DNA of 64,000 nucleotides from Neptuniibacter sp. (GCA_050633605.1 JBOEGV010000016.1:2211-66210); one strand, 5' to 3'; positions 1-11,770 are shown, counted from the stretch's first letter. Numbers and translations are program-made. The notes: a model not told the origin generated them from the letters alone.

Positions 1-71
1 AAACCATACAAAAAAAACGGCTATTAAAATAATAAAAACACATCACATGCTGTATTCAAGGAGAGGGCCAA

Positions 72-1766
72 ATGTTATTGGGCACCCTAAAAATTTCTAC
101 CCGAGTTTATATTCTCGCTTTAATTAACCTGATATTGATCTCTCTCGTAGGTGGCTTTGCCATCCTGCAGATGAAGAAAATCGGTAATGAACTGATCGAT
201 ATTGCCGAAGAAAACTTACCTGTATCACAAGCATTATCTCTGGTTGCACAACACCAGTTAGAACAGGCTGTTTTATTTGAGCGAGGTCTGGCCTTATCGA
301 TTGCGCAAAAGTACGGTGAAGATAAGCAGGATGAAATAACAAAAACCAGTGCAGACTTCCATACGTTAGCGGAAAAGGTCGATAAAGAATTCAAAGAGCT
401 GGAGAAAGAACTTGAACATGCGATCACCCACTCTCACAGCGAAGAAGGCCGCAAAGAATCAGCCTTGATTCTTGAAAACATTCTGATTATTGATCAACAC
501 CATTCAGAATACGATAAAGAAGCCTTCGCTTTTTTTGATCAGGTATTAGCTAATCGGGCATCTGTCGCTGTTTCCTCCGTAGAACATATTATTAACCTGG
601 AAGACCAACTTGATCATGAACTGGTGTCAGCCCTGGCTGAAGTCCAACAATTCACCCTTGATTCCACTCTTAAAGCTGAACAAGATGAATTAGAAGCACA
701 GAAATACATTACTGTTCTATTTGTCATAACGTTCATTCTGGGCATTATAATACCTGCCATCATCTCTAAATCGATCTCAGCACCCATCGTTGCCATGGGC
801 GCCAGACTTAAAGAATTAGCCGTAGGCGACAGTGATTTAACCGCTCGGCTTCCCGTGATTGGTAACAATGAAGCTTCGGAGGCAGCATCCTCATTTAATA
901 AGCTGATGGACAAGCTGACCAAGCTGGTTGATTCAATTCGAACAACATCACAAGAAACAGTCAGCCAATCTGAAAACAGCATCATGCTGATGGAAACGAC
1001 TCGAGATCAGATTGTGCAGCAAAAGCGTCAAACTAACCTTGTTACAGATTCAATGAATGAATTGTCAGGCGCAGCTTCTGAAATAGCGCAATCAATAGAG
1101 CATGCAGCAAACCTGGGTAAGGAAGTTCTGGGTCAGGTTCATAAAGGTACAAATACTGCGACGGACAACCGCAATGTAATTAAGCAACTCAGTGGCAATG
1201 TAGAAAATGCATCGACACAGTTGACTTCACTGGTAAATGAAACTGAAAAAATCAGCTCAGTTCTCAGTGATATCCGTGGTATTGCCGAACAAACAAATCT
1301 ATTAGCACTTAATGCCGCAATTGAAGCTGCCCGCGCAGGGGAATCCGGTCGCGGTTTTGCAGTTGTTGCAGACGAGGTACGTTCCCTTTCACAACGCACA
1401 CAATCTTCCACTGAAGATATTCAGGCGTTGCTTGAAAAACTGCAATCAGTCACGACTGGCGCAGTCTCAGTCATGCAAAAAGGCCAGGAGAACGCGGTAC
1501 TTTGTATAGAGCAATCAGAACTCACCTCATCAGAATTAGATTCGGCCCAAAAGGCAGTAGAAGAAATGTCGGCCCTAAACTCTCAAATTGCGGCAGCTGC
1601 TGAGGAACAAACAGTCACAATACATGAGATTTCTACCAACCTCACAAGCATTTCCGATTACGCAAACAGCACTGAAGGCAGTGCTAATCAAACCGCTGAA
1701 ATAAGTATTCAGATGAGCAATCAGTTAAAACAGCTTGATGCAATGGTATCCGGCCTCAAGACTTAA
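72..1766 (+). CDS. Methyl-accepting chemotaxis protein
   Basis: Two TM segments, HAMP, signalling-tip motif [34 protein letters not shown]. Confidence 0.95.
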   Translation: MLLGTLKISTRVYILALINLILISLVGGFAILQMKKIGNELIDIAEENLPVSQALSLVAQHQLEQAVLFERGLALSIAQKYGEDKQDEITKTSADFHTLAEKVDKEFKELEKELEHAITHSHSEEGRKESALILENILIIDQHHSEYDKEAFAFFDQVLANRASVAVSSVEHIINLEDQLDHELVSALAEVQQFTLDSTLKAEQDELEAQKYITVLFVITFILGIIIPAIISKSISAPIVAMGARLKELAVGDSDLTARLPVIGNNEASEAASSFNKLMDKLTKLVDSIRTTSQETVSQSENSIMLMETTRDQIVQQKRQTNLVTDSMNELSGAASEIAQSIEHAANLGKEVLGQVHKGTNTATDNRNVIKQLSGNVENASTQLTSLVNETEKISSVLSDIRGIAEQTNLLALNAAIEAARAGESGRGFAVVADEVRSLSQRTQSSTEDIQALLEKLQSVTTGAVSVMQKGQENAVLCIEQSELTSSELDSAQKAVEEMSALNSQIAAAAEEQTVTIHEISTNLTSISDYANSTEGSANQTAEISIQMSNQLKQLDAMVSGLKT

Positions 1767-1778
1767 GCCGGTGTGGAT

Positions 1779-1820
1779 GCGGGCAGTGTTTCGAATATAA
1801 CCTGCCCGCTCCTGTTTTTT
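1779..1820 (+). terminator. Probable intrinsic terminator
   Basis: GCGGGCAG...CTGCCCGC stem followed by a T-run just after the MCP stop. Confidence 0.55.
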
Positions 1821-1868
1821 ATGCAATGGCTGCTACAATGAAGCTCCTTCCGTAAAATAAAAAACACT

Positions 1869-2282
1869 ATGAACAAAGATGATGCGCGCATCTACTGTTT
1901 GTCACAGCCTGAGGCTGAGATCACACATTCGTTTGGTCCAGAAGTTGATGTTTTTAAAATCAAAAACAAAATGTTCGCTCTTCTGGCAACCGGCAATGAA
2001 AAAGGTTCTGAGCTGGGTGAACAGTATGCAGGGTGTTCCTTTCTCAATTTGAAGTGTGACCCTGATGAAGCATTCATGCTCAGAGATATATTTTCAGAAG
2101 TTCTTCCCGCCTACCATATGTCAAAAACACACTGGATTAGTGTTGTGTTAATTGATTCTATACCTGACAATGAAATCAAGAGGCTGATCGACCGTTCATA
2201 CAGTCTGGTACTGAAAGGTTTAAAGAGATCTGAGAGGCGTTTATTAGAACTAAGCTATCCTCCAGAACAACTCTATAAATGA
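1869..2282 (+). CDS. MmcQ/YjbR family DNA-binding protein
   Basis: FKIKNKMFA, NLKCDP and PAYHMSKTHWISV motifs. Confidence 0.9.
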   Translation: MNKDDARIYCLSQPEAEITHSFGPEVDVFKIKNKMFALLATGNEKGSELGEQYAGCSFLNLKCDPDEAFMLRDIFSEVLPAYHMSKTHWISVVLIDSIPDNEIKRLIDRSYSLVLKGLKRSERRLLELSYPPEQLYK

Positions 2283-2544
2283 TCCTCTAATTTAATAGCT
2301 ACTGTTGAGTATTAAGGTCTATTTGAAGGACAAGAATCCAAAAGATAATTAAAGTACCAAAGATACAAATAATTCCTTAAGGAAAAGGGGTTGTGGCCGT
2401 TAGACTTAAAATTGCAATTAGCACAATCACTTTAATCCAGTGATTAAAGTGATTAAATTTTTTTCATGATCGAATCATTTTTTTCCACTAGACTTATAAC
2501 AATTTTTAATCATCTCTAAGCATGGAAGCCAGAGGTACAAAGAC

Positions 2545-3042
2545 ATGAAAACACTTGGTATTAGTTGTATTGCAGTCATTTTTTCGATTTCATTTTTTAT
2601 GAAGTCCTATGACTATCTGGCGGGAGCTTTTGGCCCGGAAGATTCAGAACTCGCAATGTCACAAGCCCAGCAAGAAGCAATCCTCAAGGGTGCAGACCCA
2701 ACTGACATTCTGACGGCAACAGCTGCCGGTCATGAAAGCGCTTCCAATACCCAAGAACCCTGTCGTTTTGGTAGCATCATTGGCGACAAGCAAGCCCATA
2801 AGCACAACGATGCTTTTTATGTTTCGTTTACTGAAGGGGATACCACCTATATTCAAGTTTCACCTCTTATCCCGATTTATCTTAAGCAAGCAAAAATGCA
2901 ATCAGTCTCGGCAGATGTCATCACTCCAGACGAAGATATTCGCAATCAATTAAGTGAATTATTTTCTCAACGGGACAACTGCATAACTGCTGACCTGTAT
3001 TTGCAAACGATCCACCTCCCTCAAGAAAGTGATAAAACCTGA
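2545..3042 (+). CDS. Hypothetical protein with N-terminal signal/TM segment
   Basis: 165-aa ORF, GAGG RBS, hydrophobic N-terminus. Confidence 0.6.
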   Translation: MKTLGISCIAVIFSISFFMKSYDYLAGAFGPEDSELAMSQAQQEAILKGADPTDILTATAAGHESASNTQEPCRFGSIIGDKQAHKHNDAFYVSFTEGDTTYIQVSPLIPIYLKQAKMQSVSADVITPDEDIRNQLSELFSQRDNCITADLYLQTIHLPQESDKT

Positions 3043-3110
3043 CGACAGGATGCAGGCAAGCAATTTATCCTTATAATAGGCTGATTATTTGACTCAGTGA
3101 CAGGTGTATA

Positions 3111-3518
3111 ATGCTTTATGTCCTTCCAGAAACCACTGGTGATATTATTGTTCTGCAGGCTAATGGAACTCTGACATCAGCGGACTATACCGAAACCTTT
3201 CTACCTCTGTTTGAACATGTGAACAACACTCACCCTGAAGTACGACTTCTAATTACCTTTGCTCCTGATTTCGAAGGCTTTGAAGCAGGTGCGTTATGGG
3301 AAGATGCAAAGTTCGGTGCAAAACACGCCAATGATTTCCACCGGGTAGCCATTGTCGGCGATGCTAAGTGGACCGATTGGATGAGTAAAGTTGCTAACCT
3401 TCTTATGCAAGGAGAAGTGCGTCACTATAAGATGACACAGCTGCTTGAAGCCCTGCGTTGGATCAATGATGAAGGGGAAGATGATGAAGACAACAGGCTT
3501 TACCCCTTCAATAACTAA
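3111..3518 (+). CDS. STAS/SEC14 (SpoIIAA-like) domain protein
   Basis: F.GFE.GALWEDAKFG..H...F.RVAIVGD..W pattern. Confidence 0.85.
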   Translation: MLYVLPETTGDIIVLQANGTLTSADYTETFLPLFEHVNNTHPEVRLLITFAPDFEGFEAGALWEDAKFGAKHANDFHRVAIVGDAKWTDWMSKVANLLMQGEVRHYKMTQLLEALRWINDEGEDDEDNRLYPFNN

Positions 3519-3613
3519 TATTTAATCCAACCTATAGAAAAATATAGGTTTTTCCTCCCAAACTTCAGATTCTAAACTATGCTTATATAAAAAAATAAGC
3601 GAGTTAAAAGTAG

Positions 3614-4261
3614 ATGAAGAACCCCCTACCTCTGTTAAGGGCCGTTAATCTCATAAACGGCCTTTTCATCACCTTTTTAGCTTCTTTTATCTGGGTTCCA
3701 GCTACAATTGCTGGTGAACCAAACACATCACAGATTCAGCTTATAGAAAAAATGAGACAGGGTGGATTGGTGATCTTTATGCGCCATGCATCAACAAAAA
3801 AAAATCAAATTGATGCCCGCCCTATAGACTTAAAAGACTGTGAGAAACAGAGGAATTTATCAGATACAGGTCGTAACGAAGCTCTTCTTGTCGGCCAGTC
3901 TTTTGCAAAGCATTCCATACCCGCATCAGAAGTAATATCCAGTCCTTTTTGTCGCTGTAAAGACACCGCTCAGCTCGCTTTCCAAAGTTTCAAAATAGAT
4001 AACAACTTATTTTATTCCATTGGTCTGCCGCCGGAAGAACGTAAGACAAAAACAGCCGCTCTAGCAGGCATGCTTTCAACGATTCCAGTGACTGGCAATA
4101 GAATTATTATTTCTCATACCAGCAACCTTAAAGAAGCAACGGGGGTATGGCCTAAGGTTGAGGGAGCTATTTATGTATTTAACCCCTCGAATAATCAACC
4201 GCCTGAATTCTTAGGATCAATAAAACCCTCAGACTGGAAGAGTCTGGAATTACCTCTATGA
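3614..4261 (+). CDS. Exported histidine phosphatase (phosphoglycerate mutase-like) family protein
   Basis: RHA catalytic motif, QRNLS..GR, SSPFCRC.DTA, ISH; signal peptide. Confidence 0.85.
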   Translation: MKNPLPLLRAVNLINGLFITFLASFIWVPATIAGEPNTSQIQLIEKMRQGGLVIFMRHASTKKNQIDARPIDLKDCEKQRNLSDTGRNEALLVGQSFAKHSIPASEVISSPFCRCKDTAQLAFQSFKIDNNLFYSIGLPPEERKTKTAALAGMLSTIPVTGNRIIISHTSNLKEATGVWPKVEGAIYVFNPSNNQPPEFLGSIKPSDWKSLELPL

Positions 4262-6927
4262 ACTTTTTAAAAAATGCCAGTCTTAAAAGGCGCTTACAAT
4301 TTTTTCCTGCATCTCTCATCGCAGCAAGCAGCCTACTTATTGGTCTTCTTATTTATGTCATATTCAATTACAGCAGTCTGTTGGATCATCTTCATCACAA
4401 AGATATGCGTGTACTTACAAAGATTTCGAACATTTCTTTCGAATTCGAACAGACACACTCTAAAATTCTGACACTTTTTGATTCATCCAGTACCACCCCA
4501 GAACTCGCTTATCCGGAAGTGACCATACATCTGGATAAGATCTATTCCCTTAAAAGCCAACTAGAAGGGATTTCTGAGGATGGGCACCTCGACCTAGAGC
4601 TACATCATACTGATCATGTCATTAATACCGATGAGCTAAAAAACGCTCTGCATAATTACCTACTCTCCACGACCACGGCGGTAGAACGGTATTTTTATGA
4701 CCCTGAAATCGCACATGAAATCATTCAGGAACAGGTAAGAAAAGCAGTTGCAGTAAATCACTTTTTCACCGCTTTAACGAACAGCATCGTAGACCAGATA
4801 GAAGGTGAGATGCGCGCTACAGCCGATGAAACCATCATCACCTCTATTTTATTAGTAATACTGGGCCTTGCTCTAGTAGTCTTCACCATTAAGGTGAATA
4901 CAGGCGTAGCCAGAAGAGTTAATAATTCACTCTCCACTATTCGGAAAAGTTTACTTGGACTCGCCAAAGGGGAGCTGAATGTTCAAATCCCAACCAAGGA
5001 CGACACCCCTGAAATAAAAGAGATGGCGCTAGCGCTTAATACTTACAAAGAAACACAGGTTGCACTTAATAATACCCTTGCTGAGCTTTCCGAGATTAAA
5101 TCGAACCTTGAATTACGTGTTGAAGAAAGAACATCCCAGTTACAAGATACGAATCAGAAATTAATTCAAGAGATATCGCAGAACCTGATGTCTCAGGAGC
5201 AGTTAAAGATTTATCAAAAGGCACTGCACTCAACCAGCGAAGCCGTAATCATCACCAGCGCAAAAAACCGCATCATTGAAGTCAATGATGCTTATTGTGG
5301 AATTACAGGTTATGACCGCAATGAAATCATTGGCGCCAATCCCTCAAAATTCAAATCCGGTCAGCATCCTGCAGAATTTTATCAACAGATGTGGGAAGAG
5401 CTTAGCCAAACAGGTTATTGGAAAGGAGAGATATGGGACCGGAGAAAAAATGGCCAGTTATACCCTAAATGGTTAACCATCAATACGGTAGTTAATGAAC
5501 AAGGTCTCATTACCAACTACGTAGGCGTTTTCACGGATATTAGTGAGCTCAAAAGCAAAGAAGCTGAGCTGGAGAAATTAGCTCACTTTGATCCTTTGAC
5601 TCACCTACCCAACAGAATGTTATGCCGAGAAAGGGTTGAACAAAAATTATTATCGGCAAAACGTAAAAACAACAAAGTCGCCCTTCTGTTTATTGATCTT
5701 GACCGCTTCAAACTGATCAATGATTCATTAGGCCACGCAGCTGGGGATCAATTACTTAAAACAGTTGCCGAAAGGTTAGAGGCCTCCCTGCGAGCAGAAG
5801 ATCTGATGTACCCTCTTAATAGTCACTTCAGTCATACCATCGCCCGATTAGGCGGAGATGAGTTCATAATTTCACTGAGTGATCTGACTTCTATAGATTA
5901 CATTGCAGACATTGTTGAACGTATACAGGAGACGATTCGACAACCTATTAATCTATGTGATCGGGAAGTGTCCGTTGACTCCAGTATCGGTGTCGCGATC
6001 TACCCAAATGACGGCAGCAGTTACGAGACCCTGAGTAATCACGCAGACACCGCAATGTATCGTGCAAAAGAAGCAGGTCGGGGACAATTTGCACTGTTCA
6101 CAGAAGAGATGAACCAACAAGCTCATCAACGTTTACAACTTGAAATTGAGATGAAAACCTCAATCAAAGAGAAACATTTTGAGCTGCATTATCAACCAAA
6201 AATCTGCACAACGTCACACAACATTCACAGCTTTGAATCACTTATCCGATGGAATCACCCGCAGTTAGGGCTCATATCACCAGATGATTTTATCGAGATT
6301 GCAGAAGAAACAGGCATGATTATTCAGCTGGGAGAATGGATTCTTGAAGAAGCGTGCAGGGCCTGTCTGGAACTCAACCAAAAATTCCACAAAGAGCTAC
6401 GTGTAGCCGTAAATATCTCCACACGACAATTTCAAGACCCAAAACTTCAAGAGAAAATTGCCAACGCCCTCAACAAGTCAGGGCTGGCAGCCGAACACCT
6501 TGAATTAGAAATCACAGAAAGCGCTATATTTGGGGATATCGAGGAAGCCATATCAATTATCAGGCAAATACGTAGCACCGGAGTGCGTTTCGCTTTGGAT
6601 GATTTCGGTACTGGATACTCCTCCTTAAATTATCTCAAACAGTTACCCGTAGACACCCTAAAACTGGACCGTAGTTTTATCGCTCAGTTGGATCAAGCCG
6701 ACACTGAAGATGAACGCAAAATCGTCGAAACAATGATTCTGCTTGGCAAACAATTCCGAATGCAGACTGTAGCAGAAGGAGTAGAAAACATAGATCAGGA
6801 AACTATTCTATCTCAGCTGGGGTGCGATCTACTGCAAGGTTACCTTTACAGCAAACCTCTTCCTGAAAAAGCATTTCATGACTACCTCAGCAGTACTTTA
6901 AATACTAAACCGCAAAAAACAGCCTGA
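4258..6927 (+). CDS. Membrane sensor diguanylate cyclase/phosphodiesterase (HAMP-PAS-GGDEF-EAL)
   Basis: RLGGDEF, ESL variant of EAL, DDFGTGYSSL, PAS domain, 2 TMs; ATGA overlap with upstream gene. Confidence 0.95.
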   Translation: MNFLKNASLKRRLQFFPASLIAASSLLIGLLIYVIFNYSSLLDHLHHKDMRVLTKISNISFEFEQTHSKILTLFDSSSTTPELAYPEVTIHLDKIYSLKSQLEGISEDGHLDLELHHTDHVINTDELKNALHNYLLSTTTAVERYFYDPEIAHEIIQEQVRKAVAVNHFFTALTNSIVDQIEGEMRATADETIITSILLVILGLALVVFTIKVNTGVARRVNNSLSTIRKSLLGLAKGELNVQIPTKDDTPEIKEMALALNTYKETQVALNNTLAELSEIKSNLELRVEERTSQLQDTNQKLIQEISQNLMSQEQLKIYQKALHSTSEAVIITSAKNRIIEVNDAYCGITGYDRNEIIGANPSKFKSGQHPAEFYQQMWEELSQTGYWKGEIWDRRKNGQLYPKWLTINTVVNEQGLITNYVGVFTDISELKSKEAELEKLAHFDPLTHLPNRMLCRERVEQKLLSAKRKNNKVALLFIDLDRFKLINDSLGHAAGDQLLKTVAERLEASLRAEDLMYPLNSHFSHTIARLGGDEFIISLSDLTSIDYIADIVERIQETIRQPINLCDREVSVDSSIGVAIYPNDGSSYETLSNHADTAMYRAKEAGRGQFALFTEEMNQQAHQRLQLEIEMKTSIKEKHFELHYQPKICTTSHNIHSFESLIRWNHPQLGLISPDDFIEIAEETGMIIQLGEWILEEACRACLELNQKFHKELRVAVNISTRQFQDPKLQEKIANALNKSGLAAEHLELEITESAIFGDIEEAISIIRQIRSTGVRFALDDFGTGYSSLNYLKQLPVDTLKLDRSFIAQLDQADTEDERKIVETMILLGKQFRMQTVAEGVENIDQETILSQLGCDLLQGYLYSKPLPEKAFHDYLSSTLNTKPQKTA

Positions 6928-6935
6928 CGCCAAAT

Positions 6936-6962
6936 AAAAAAGCGCCTGAAAAGGCGCTTTTT
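6936..6962. terminator. Bidirectional intrinsic terminator
   Basis: AAAAAAGCGCCT-GAA-AAGGCGCTTTTT between convergent genes. Confidence 0.85.
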
Positions 6963-6981
6963 AAACACGAGCTAAGTGCAA

Positions 6982-8352
6982 TTATTTAGCTAAAGATGCG
7001 GCTGCCTGCTCCTCAAAGTATTCACGAGTCAAACGGAACACAACCGGACTTAATAGCGCCAAAGCAATCAGGTTCGGAATTGCCATCATCGCATTCAATG
7101 TATCCGCAAGAAGCCACACGAAATCAAGACTCACCATGGTTCCAATAGGCACTGCAATAATCCACAGGATACGAAACGGCATAATTACCTTTACTCCAAA
7201 CAGATATTCTGCACAACGCTCGCCATAAACACTCCACCCCAGAATGGTAGTAAAAGCAAAAATAGCTAACGCAATTGCAACAATATAGTTACCTACACCA
7301 GGAAGGGCTTCAGCAAAAGCCGCTGAAGTCAAAGCCGCACCGGACTCTCCTGATGTCCAGATGCCAGAGGTAATAATTACCAGTCCAGTGATCGAACAAA
7401 TGATAATGGTATCCAGGAATGTACCCAACATCGCGATCAAACCCTGACGTACCGGATCCTTAGTTTGAGATGCCGCATGAGCAATAGGAGCCGAACCCAG
7501 ACCAGCTTCGTTGGAAAATACACCTCGAGCCACACCAAAACGAATTGCTGCCCAAACGGCTGCACCAGCAAAGCCACCTTCAGCAGCAACTTCAGTGAAT
7601 GCGTAGGTAAAGATCAGATCAAGCGCTGCGGGAATGGCATCAGCGTTAATAGCTAATACAACCAGACCAGCAACCAGATAACTGATTGCCATAATGGGTA
7701 CAAGAGCTCCGGCAACTGCACCAATACGCTTGATACCACCCAGCAGAACCGCAGCAGTTAGTACCATAAGAATGACACCTGTTAACCAGGTTGGCATTGC
7801 AAAGTTCGCTTCAAGCACAGCAGCAACGGAGTTGGATTGAACGGTATTCCCGATACCAAACCCTGCAATTGTACCGAAAACTGCAAAAGCAGTGCCCATC
7901 CAGGCCCACTTAGAGCCCAGACCATTTTTGATGTAATACATCGGGCCACCAACATGGTTGCCATTTTCATCAACTTCTCGGTATTTAACAGCCAAAACTG
8001 CTTCAGCGAATTTAGTTGCCATACCGACCAGAGCGGTACACCACATCCAGAATAATGCTCCCGGACCACCCAAAAATACAGCTGTAGCTACACCCGCGAT
8101 ATTACCAGTACCCACTGTTGCAGACATTGCTGTCATCAGTGCCTGGAAAGGAGAGATTTCACCCTCAGATTTTTCAGCGTCCGATGTCCGGCGCCCACTC
8201 CACATCAGTTTAAAGCCAGTACCCAACTTGAGTATTGGCATCAGTTTTAAGCCCAGTTGCAGGAACAGACCTACACCAAGGATTAAAACCAGCATCATGG
8301 GTCCCCAAACGACACCATTTATCTGACTAATAAGGCTCGTTAATGCTTCCAT
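6982..8352 (-). CDS. Alanine/glycine:cation symporter (AGCS family)
   Basis: GTGNIAGVATA, GGPGALFWMW, GGPMYYI, RGVFSNEAGLGSAPIAHA. Confidence 0.95.
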   Translation of the reverse strand: MEALTSLISQINGVVWGPMMLVLILGVGLFLQLGLKLMPILKLGTGFKLMWSGRRTSDAEKSEGEISPFQALMTAMSATVGTGNIAGVATAVFLGGPGALFWMWCTALVGMATKFAEAVLAVKYREVDENGNHVGGPMYYIKNGLGSKWAWMGTAFAVFGTIAGFGIGNTVQSNSVAAVLEANFAMPTWLTGVILMVLTAAVLLGGIKRIGAVAGALVPIMAISYLVAGLVVLAINADAIPAALDLIFTYAFTEVAAEGGFAGAAVWAAIRFGVARGVFSNEAGLGSAPIAHAASQTKDPVRQGLIAMLGTFLDTIIICSITGLVIITSGIWTSGESGAALTSAAFAEALPGVGNYIVAIALAIFAFTTILGWSVYGERCAEYLFGVKVIMPFRILWIIAVPIGTMVSLDFVWLLADTLNAMMAIPNLIALALLSPVVFRLTREYFEEQAAASLAK

Positions 8353-8834
8353 TAGTGTTCCTCAATTTTATTGTGTTATGTGAGGTTTGATTCACTCTTG
8401 ACGAGATTTCTAATTATCTGGATAACAAAGTTATCCACGCTCTAATTGAGCATTACTTCTGTAAAAACGATGAGAACTACCGGTATTTGTTCTCCCAAAC
8501 CCATAAAACCTTTCCTCATCTGAGTTTTTGAGTAGTAAAGAACTGACAGCACACAACAGCTAAAACAGAAGTAATCAATACAATATTGAAAAAACTACAG
8601 TTTATGGATTTGAATATGGTTACTTTTTAGTGTTTAAAACTAAAAAAAAAAGAATATACAATATAAAAAACTTTGATATTAATAAAATCAATTGCTTAGC
8701 TATAAATGTATTGCGGGCTCTGGCGAGAGATAACCCAGATACGAGAGAAGTAATCGACGAAAAATAGCTGATGATAAGATCTAAAATGTTATCCTTAACC
8801 CTCTATACCATCTGTTACTGTTAGGGATTAATGA

Positions 8835-9917
8835 ATGGCCCGTGCCGCTACAGCTACCATCAATCTGGAAGCGATTCGCCACAATTATCGTTTGGCAAAG
8901 TCAGTTGCCCCAGAACAATATGCTGTTGCAGTGATCAAAGCAGATGCATACGGTCATGGTGCAAGCGTGGTTGCAGAATCCCTTAAAAATGATGCTGACG
9001 CCTTTGCAGTAGCCTGTATTGAAGAAGCTGTTGAGTTGCGGGATGCCGGCTTCAATCAACCAATCTTATTACTCGAAGGTTTTTTCTCTGCGGATGAACT
9101 GGATTACATAAGCAAAAACAATCTCTGGTGTGTAATACATAGCTTACAGCAACTGGATATCATCGCCTCAGCGAAACTTAAAAACCTGATTACTGTATGG
9201 CTTAAAATGGATACGGGTATGCACCGCTTGGGTATTCACCCAAATGATTTTGTTTCTGCATATAAAAAAGTTACTTCTCTGTCCAAAGTGAAAGAGGTGG
9301 TTTTGATGACTCACTTTTCCTCTGCAGATGAACCAAAACTCGATGTTACCGAGAAACAGATAAACACTTTTGATCACATAGCCTCAGATATTAACGCTCC
9401 TGTAAGCCTGGCTAATTCTGCAGCTGTGCTGGCACATAATAAAGCCCACCGCGAATGGCAACGCCCCGGCATTATGCTTTATGGCGCGTCACCTTTTGCA
9501 ACAGCTCAACCTATGGCTGACAAACTTGTCCCTGCCATGACATTGAGCTCTGAAGTTATAGCTGTAAGAGAAGTAAACCCTGGTGAATCAATCGGCTACG
9601 GTGAAACCTGGACCTGTGATCGGAAAACCCGCGTTGGTACTGTAGCGATAGGTTATGCGGATGGTTATCCTCGTCATGCCAAAAATGGCACTCCAGTTTT
9701 AGTAGCTGGCCAGAGTACTCATGTGATTGGCCGGGTATCAATGGACATGATTACGATTGATTTAACTGATATTCCTGACGCTGGCCCTGGTTCATATGTT
9801 GAATTATGGGGCGAAAATTTGCCCGCAACCGCTGTAGCTAAATACTGCGATACCATTCCCTACACTTTATTCACTGGTATCACCAAACGCGTACATAAAC
9901 GTTATATCAACCGCTGA
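8835..9917 (+). CDS. alr: Alanine racemase
   Basis: PLP-lysine motif AVIKADAYGHG, KMDTGMHRLG, GYADGYPR, GRVSMDM. Confidence 0.95.
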   Translation: MARAATATINLEAIRHNYRLAKSVAPEQYAVAVIKADAYGHGASVVAESLKNDADAFAVACIEEAVELRDAGFNQPILLLEGFFSADELDYISKNNLWCVIHSLQQLDIIASAKLKNLITVWLKMDTGMHRLGIHPNDFVSAYKKVTSLSKVKEVVLMTHFSSADEPKLDVTEKQINTFDHIASDINAPVSLANSAAVLAHNKAHREWQRPGIMLYGASPFATAQPMADKLVPAMTLSSEVIAVREVNPGESIGYGETWTCDRKTRVGTVAIGYADGYPRHAKNGTPVLVAGQSTHVIGRVSMDMITIDLTDIPDAGPGSYVELWGENLPATAVAKYCDTIPYTLFTGITKRVHKRYINR

Positions 9918-10039
9918 ATAAACCTGCCGTTCTCTTAAGCGCAGCATTACCCATAGTAACGATACCATTCAAAACCAGTGTAATATTGAACAACAGCCCT
10001 CTAAGCGCTAGGGTTATTAACTAAGACAATTAAAATAGG

Positions 10040-10819
10040 TTGGTTATGCAAGTACTGGTGCGTCTTATTTCCAGTGTGATTTTACTCTTTATTTTTGCAG
10101 GTTCGGCAAATGCAGAAAAAATAGTTCTTGCTGCGGACGAATGGTGCCCATTCAACTGCAAACCTGTTTCAAGTAAGCCCGGCTTTATGATCGAAGTAGC
10201 AACTCAGGTATTTTCGGAACAAGGACACACGGTTGAATACAAAGTGATGAGCTGGTCCCGAGCGATCAGGGAAGCAAGAGTCGGCAACATTAATGGGATT
10301 ATCGGTGCCTTTAAAGGTGACGCACCGGACTTTATCTACCCTGATCAAGAACTCTCTATCCTGAGTAACACATTCTTTGTCCGTAAGGACAGTCAATGGA
10401 AATTCAAAAATGTCAGCTCTCTAAAGGAAGTCCAATTAGCTGCTATTGCTGGGTATGACTACGGCGATGAGCTCAGGGATTATATTCAAAATAATCAGAC
10501 TGATCAGGTGTCTTTACTAAACGGGCAAGGCCAGCCTCTGGCGAAAGCTATTAAGCTTCTACATAAAAAAAGAGTCGATGCACTGATAGAAGCCGACCCT
10601 GTCTTTTGGTACACCGCGCAAACATTAGGATTACAAGACCAATTCAAAACCGCTGGGCGCTCTAATGAACCTGAGCACTCCTATATCACCTTCTCACCTG
10701 CATTACCGACTTCTAAAAATTATGCTCAGATTCTCTCCGCTGGCATTGAGAGCTTGAGAGCCAATGGTGATTTGGCAAGAATATTAAGTAAGTATGGATT
10801 ATCCGACTGGCGAAAATAA
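10040..10819 (+). CDS. Periplasmic substrate-binding protein (family 3-like)
   Basis: Signal peptide, DEWCPFNC...PGFMIE, SWSRAI, GYDYG; true start may be the ATG at 10046. Confidence 0.8.
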   Translation: MVMQVLVRLISSVILLFIFAGSANAEKIVLAADEWCPFNCKPVSSKPGFMIEVATQVFSEQGHTVEYKVMSWSRAIREARVGNINGIIGAFKGDAPDFIYPDQELSILSNTFFVRKDSQWKFKNVSSLKEVQLAAIAGYDYGDELRDYIQNNQTDQVSLLNGQGQPLAKAIKLLHKKRVDALIEADPVFWYTAQTLGLQDQFKTAGRSNEPEHSYITFSPALPTSKNYAQILSAGIESLRANGDLARILSKYGLSDWRK

Positions 10820-10926
10820 AGTGTGTCCGGTTAAATCAAAGTACCTAACAAACCTCTGGTGTTTTTCCGCTTCTATTGAAAGCCTCAATTCATAAATAAA
10901 TACTTCCACAGAATATCAAATCGCAC

Positions 10927-10952
10927 TAATCTAATATGATGTCTGTTTCGTA
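10927..10952 (+). promoter_or_regulatory. Putative RpoE (ChrR-type) promoter for folE
   Basis: TAATCT-N16-CGTA, same spacing as three other sites in the cluster. Confidence 0.5.
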
Positions 10953-11006
10953 ATATTTCTATGCTGAGTAATCAGACACCTATAAAAAGTAATAAAGGAC
11001 AAAATA

Positions 11007-11645
11007 ATGATCTCCCCTGAAGCGGTTGCCGTTCGCGATAAACTCATTGAGAAAGGCTTAGAGACTCCTACGATTGATACGGGCATGTCACAAGAACAAA
11101 AATACGAACGTATCAAAAAACTCATGACTGAAGTTGTGGGCACTCTGGGTTTAAACCTGGAAGATGACAGCCTCGAAGAAACGCCGCATCGCATCGCTAA
11201 AATGTATGTGTATGAGATTTTCTCTGGGCTTGATTATGAGAACTTCCCTCAGATTGCCATGATTGAGAACAAAATGGATCTTGAGGAGATGGTTAAGGTC
11301 AAAGATATAAGCATGCTGAGTTCTTGTGAGCACCACTTTGTTACCATTGATGGTACTGCGAAGGTGGCTTATATTCCGAACAAGAAAATCATAGGGCTAT
11401 CTAAAATTAATAGGTTAGTCCGTTTTTTCAGCCAGCGGCCGCAGGTACAGGAACGTTTAACAAAACAGATTCTTATCGCCCTACAAACCTTACTTGAAAC
11501 TGACAATGTCGCTGTTAGCGTTAACGCCACACACTACTGCGTAAAATCACGCGGTGTTATGGACGTAAACTCGCAAACAGAAACCACCGCTTTAGGTGGT
11601 ATTTTCAAAACAAATGCCAGGACACGCGCAGAGTTTTTGGCCTGA
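11007..11645 (+). CDS. folE: GTP cyclohydrolase I
   Basis: [40 protein letters not shown]. Confidence 0.97.
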   Translation: MISPEAVAVRDKLIEKGLETPTIDTGMSQEQKYERIKKLMTEVVGTLGLNLEDDSLEETPHRIAKMYVYEIFSGLDYENFPQIAMIENKMDLEEMVKVKDISMLSSCEHHFVTIDGTAKVAYIPNKKIIGLSKINRLVRFFSQRPQVQERLTKQILIALQTLLETDNVAVSVNATHYCVKSRGVMDVNSQTETTALGGIFKTNARTRAEFLA

Positions 11646-11770
11646 TTAAATTCAGCTCACGTTTTATATCAGTTAGCAGACTGCCCCTTGCAAGGGCCTC
11701 AACTCCAAAACAGCGGAGTTTGAAGCAAGTGTATAACCAAACGTGAGCCACTTTCTTTTTAAGGGTAACG

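Noticed and set aside
2425-2460. GTGATTAAA tandem/inverted repeat as a regulator site
   Set aside because: Short, AT-rich, and no regulator can be assigned
8353-8834. Glycine riboswitch upstream of the alanine/glycine symporter
   Set aside because: No GGAGA...CCGAAG...CUCUCAGG aptamer core on the minus strand; the region is AT-rich promoter DNA
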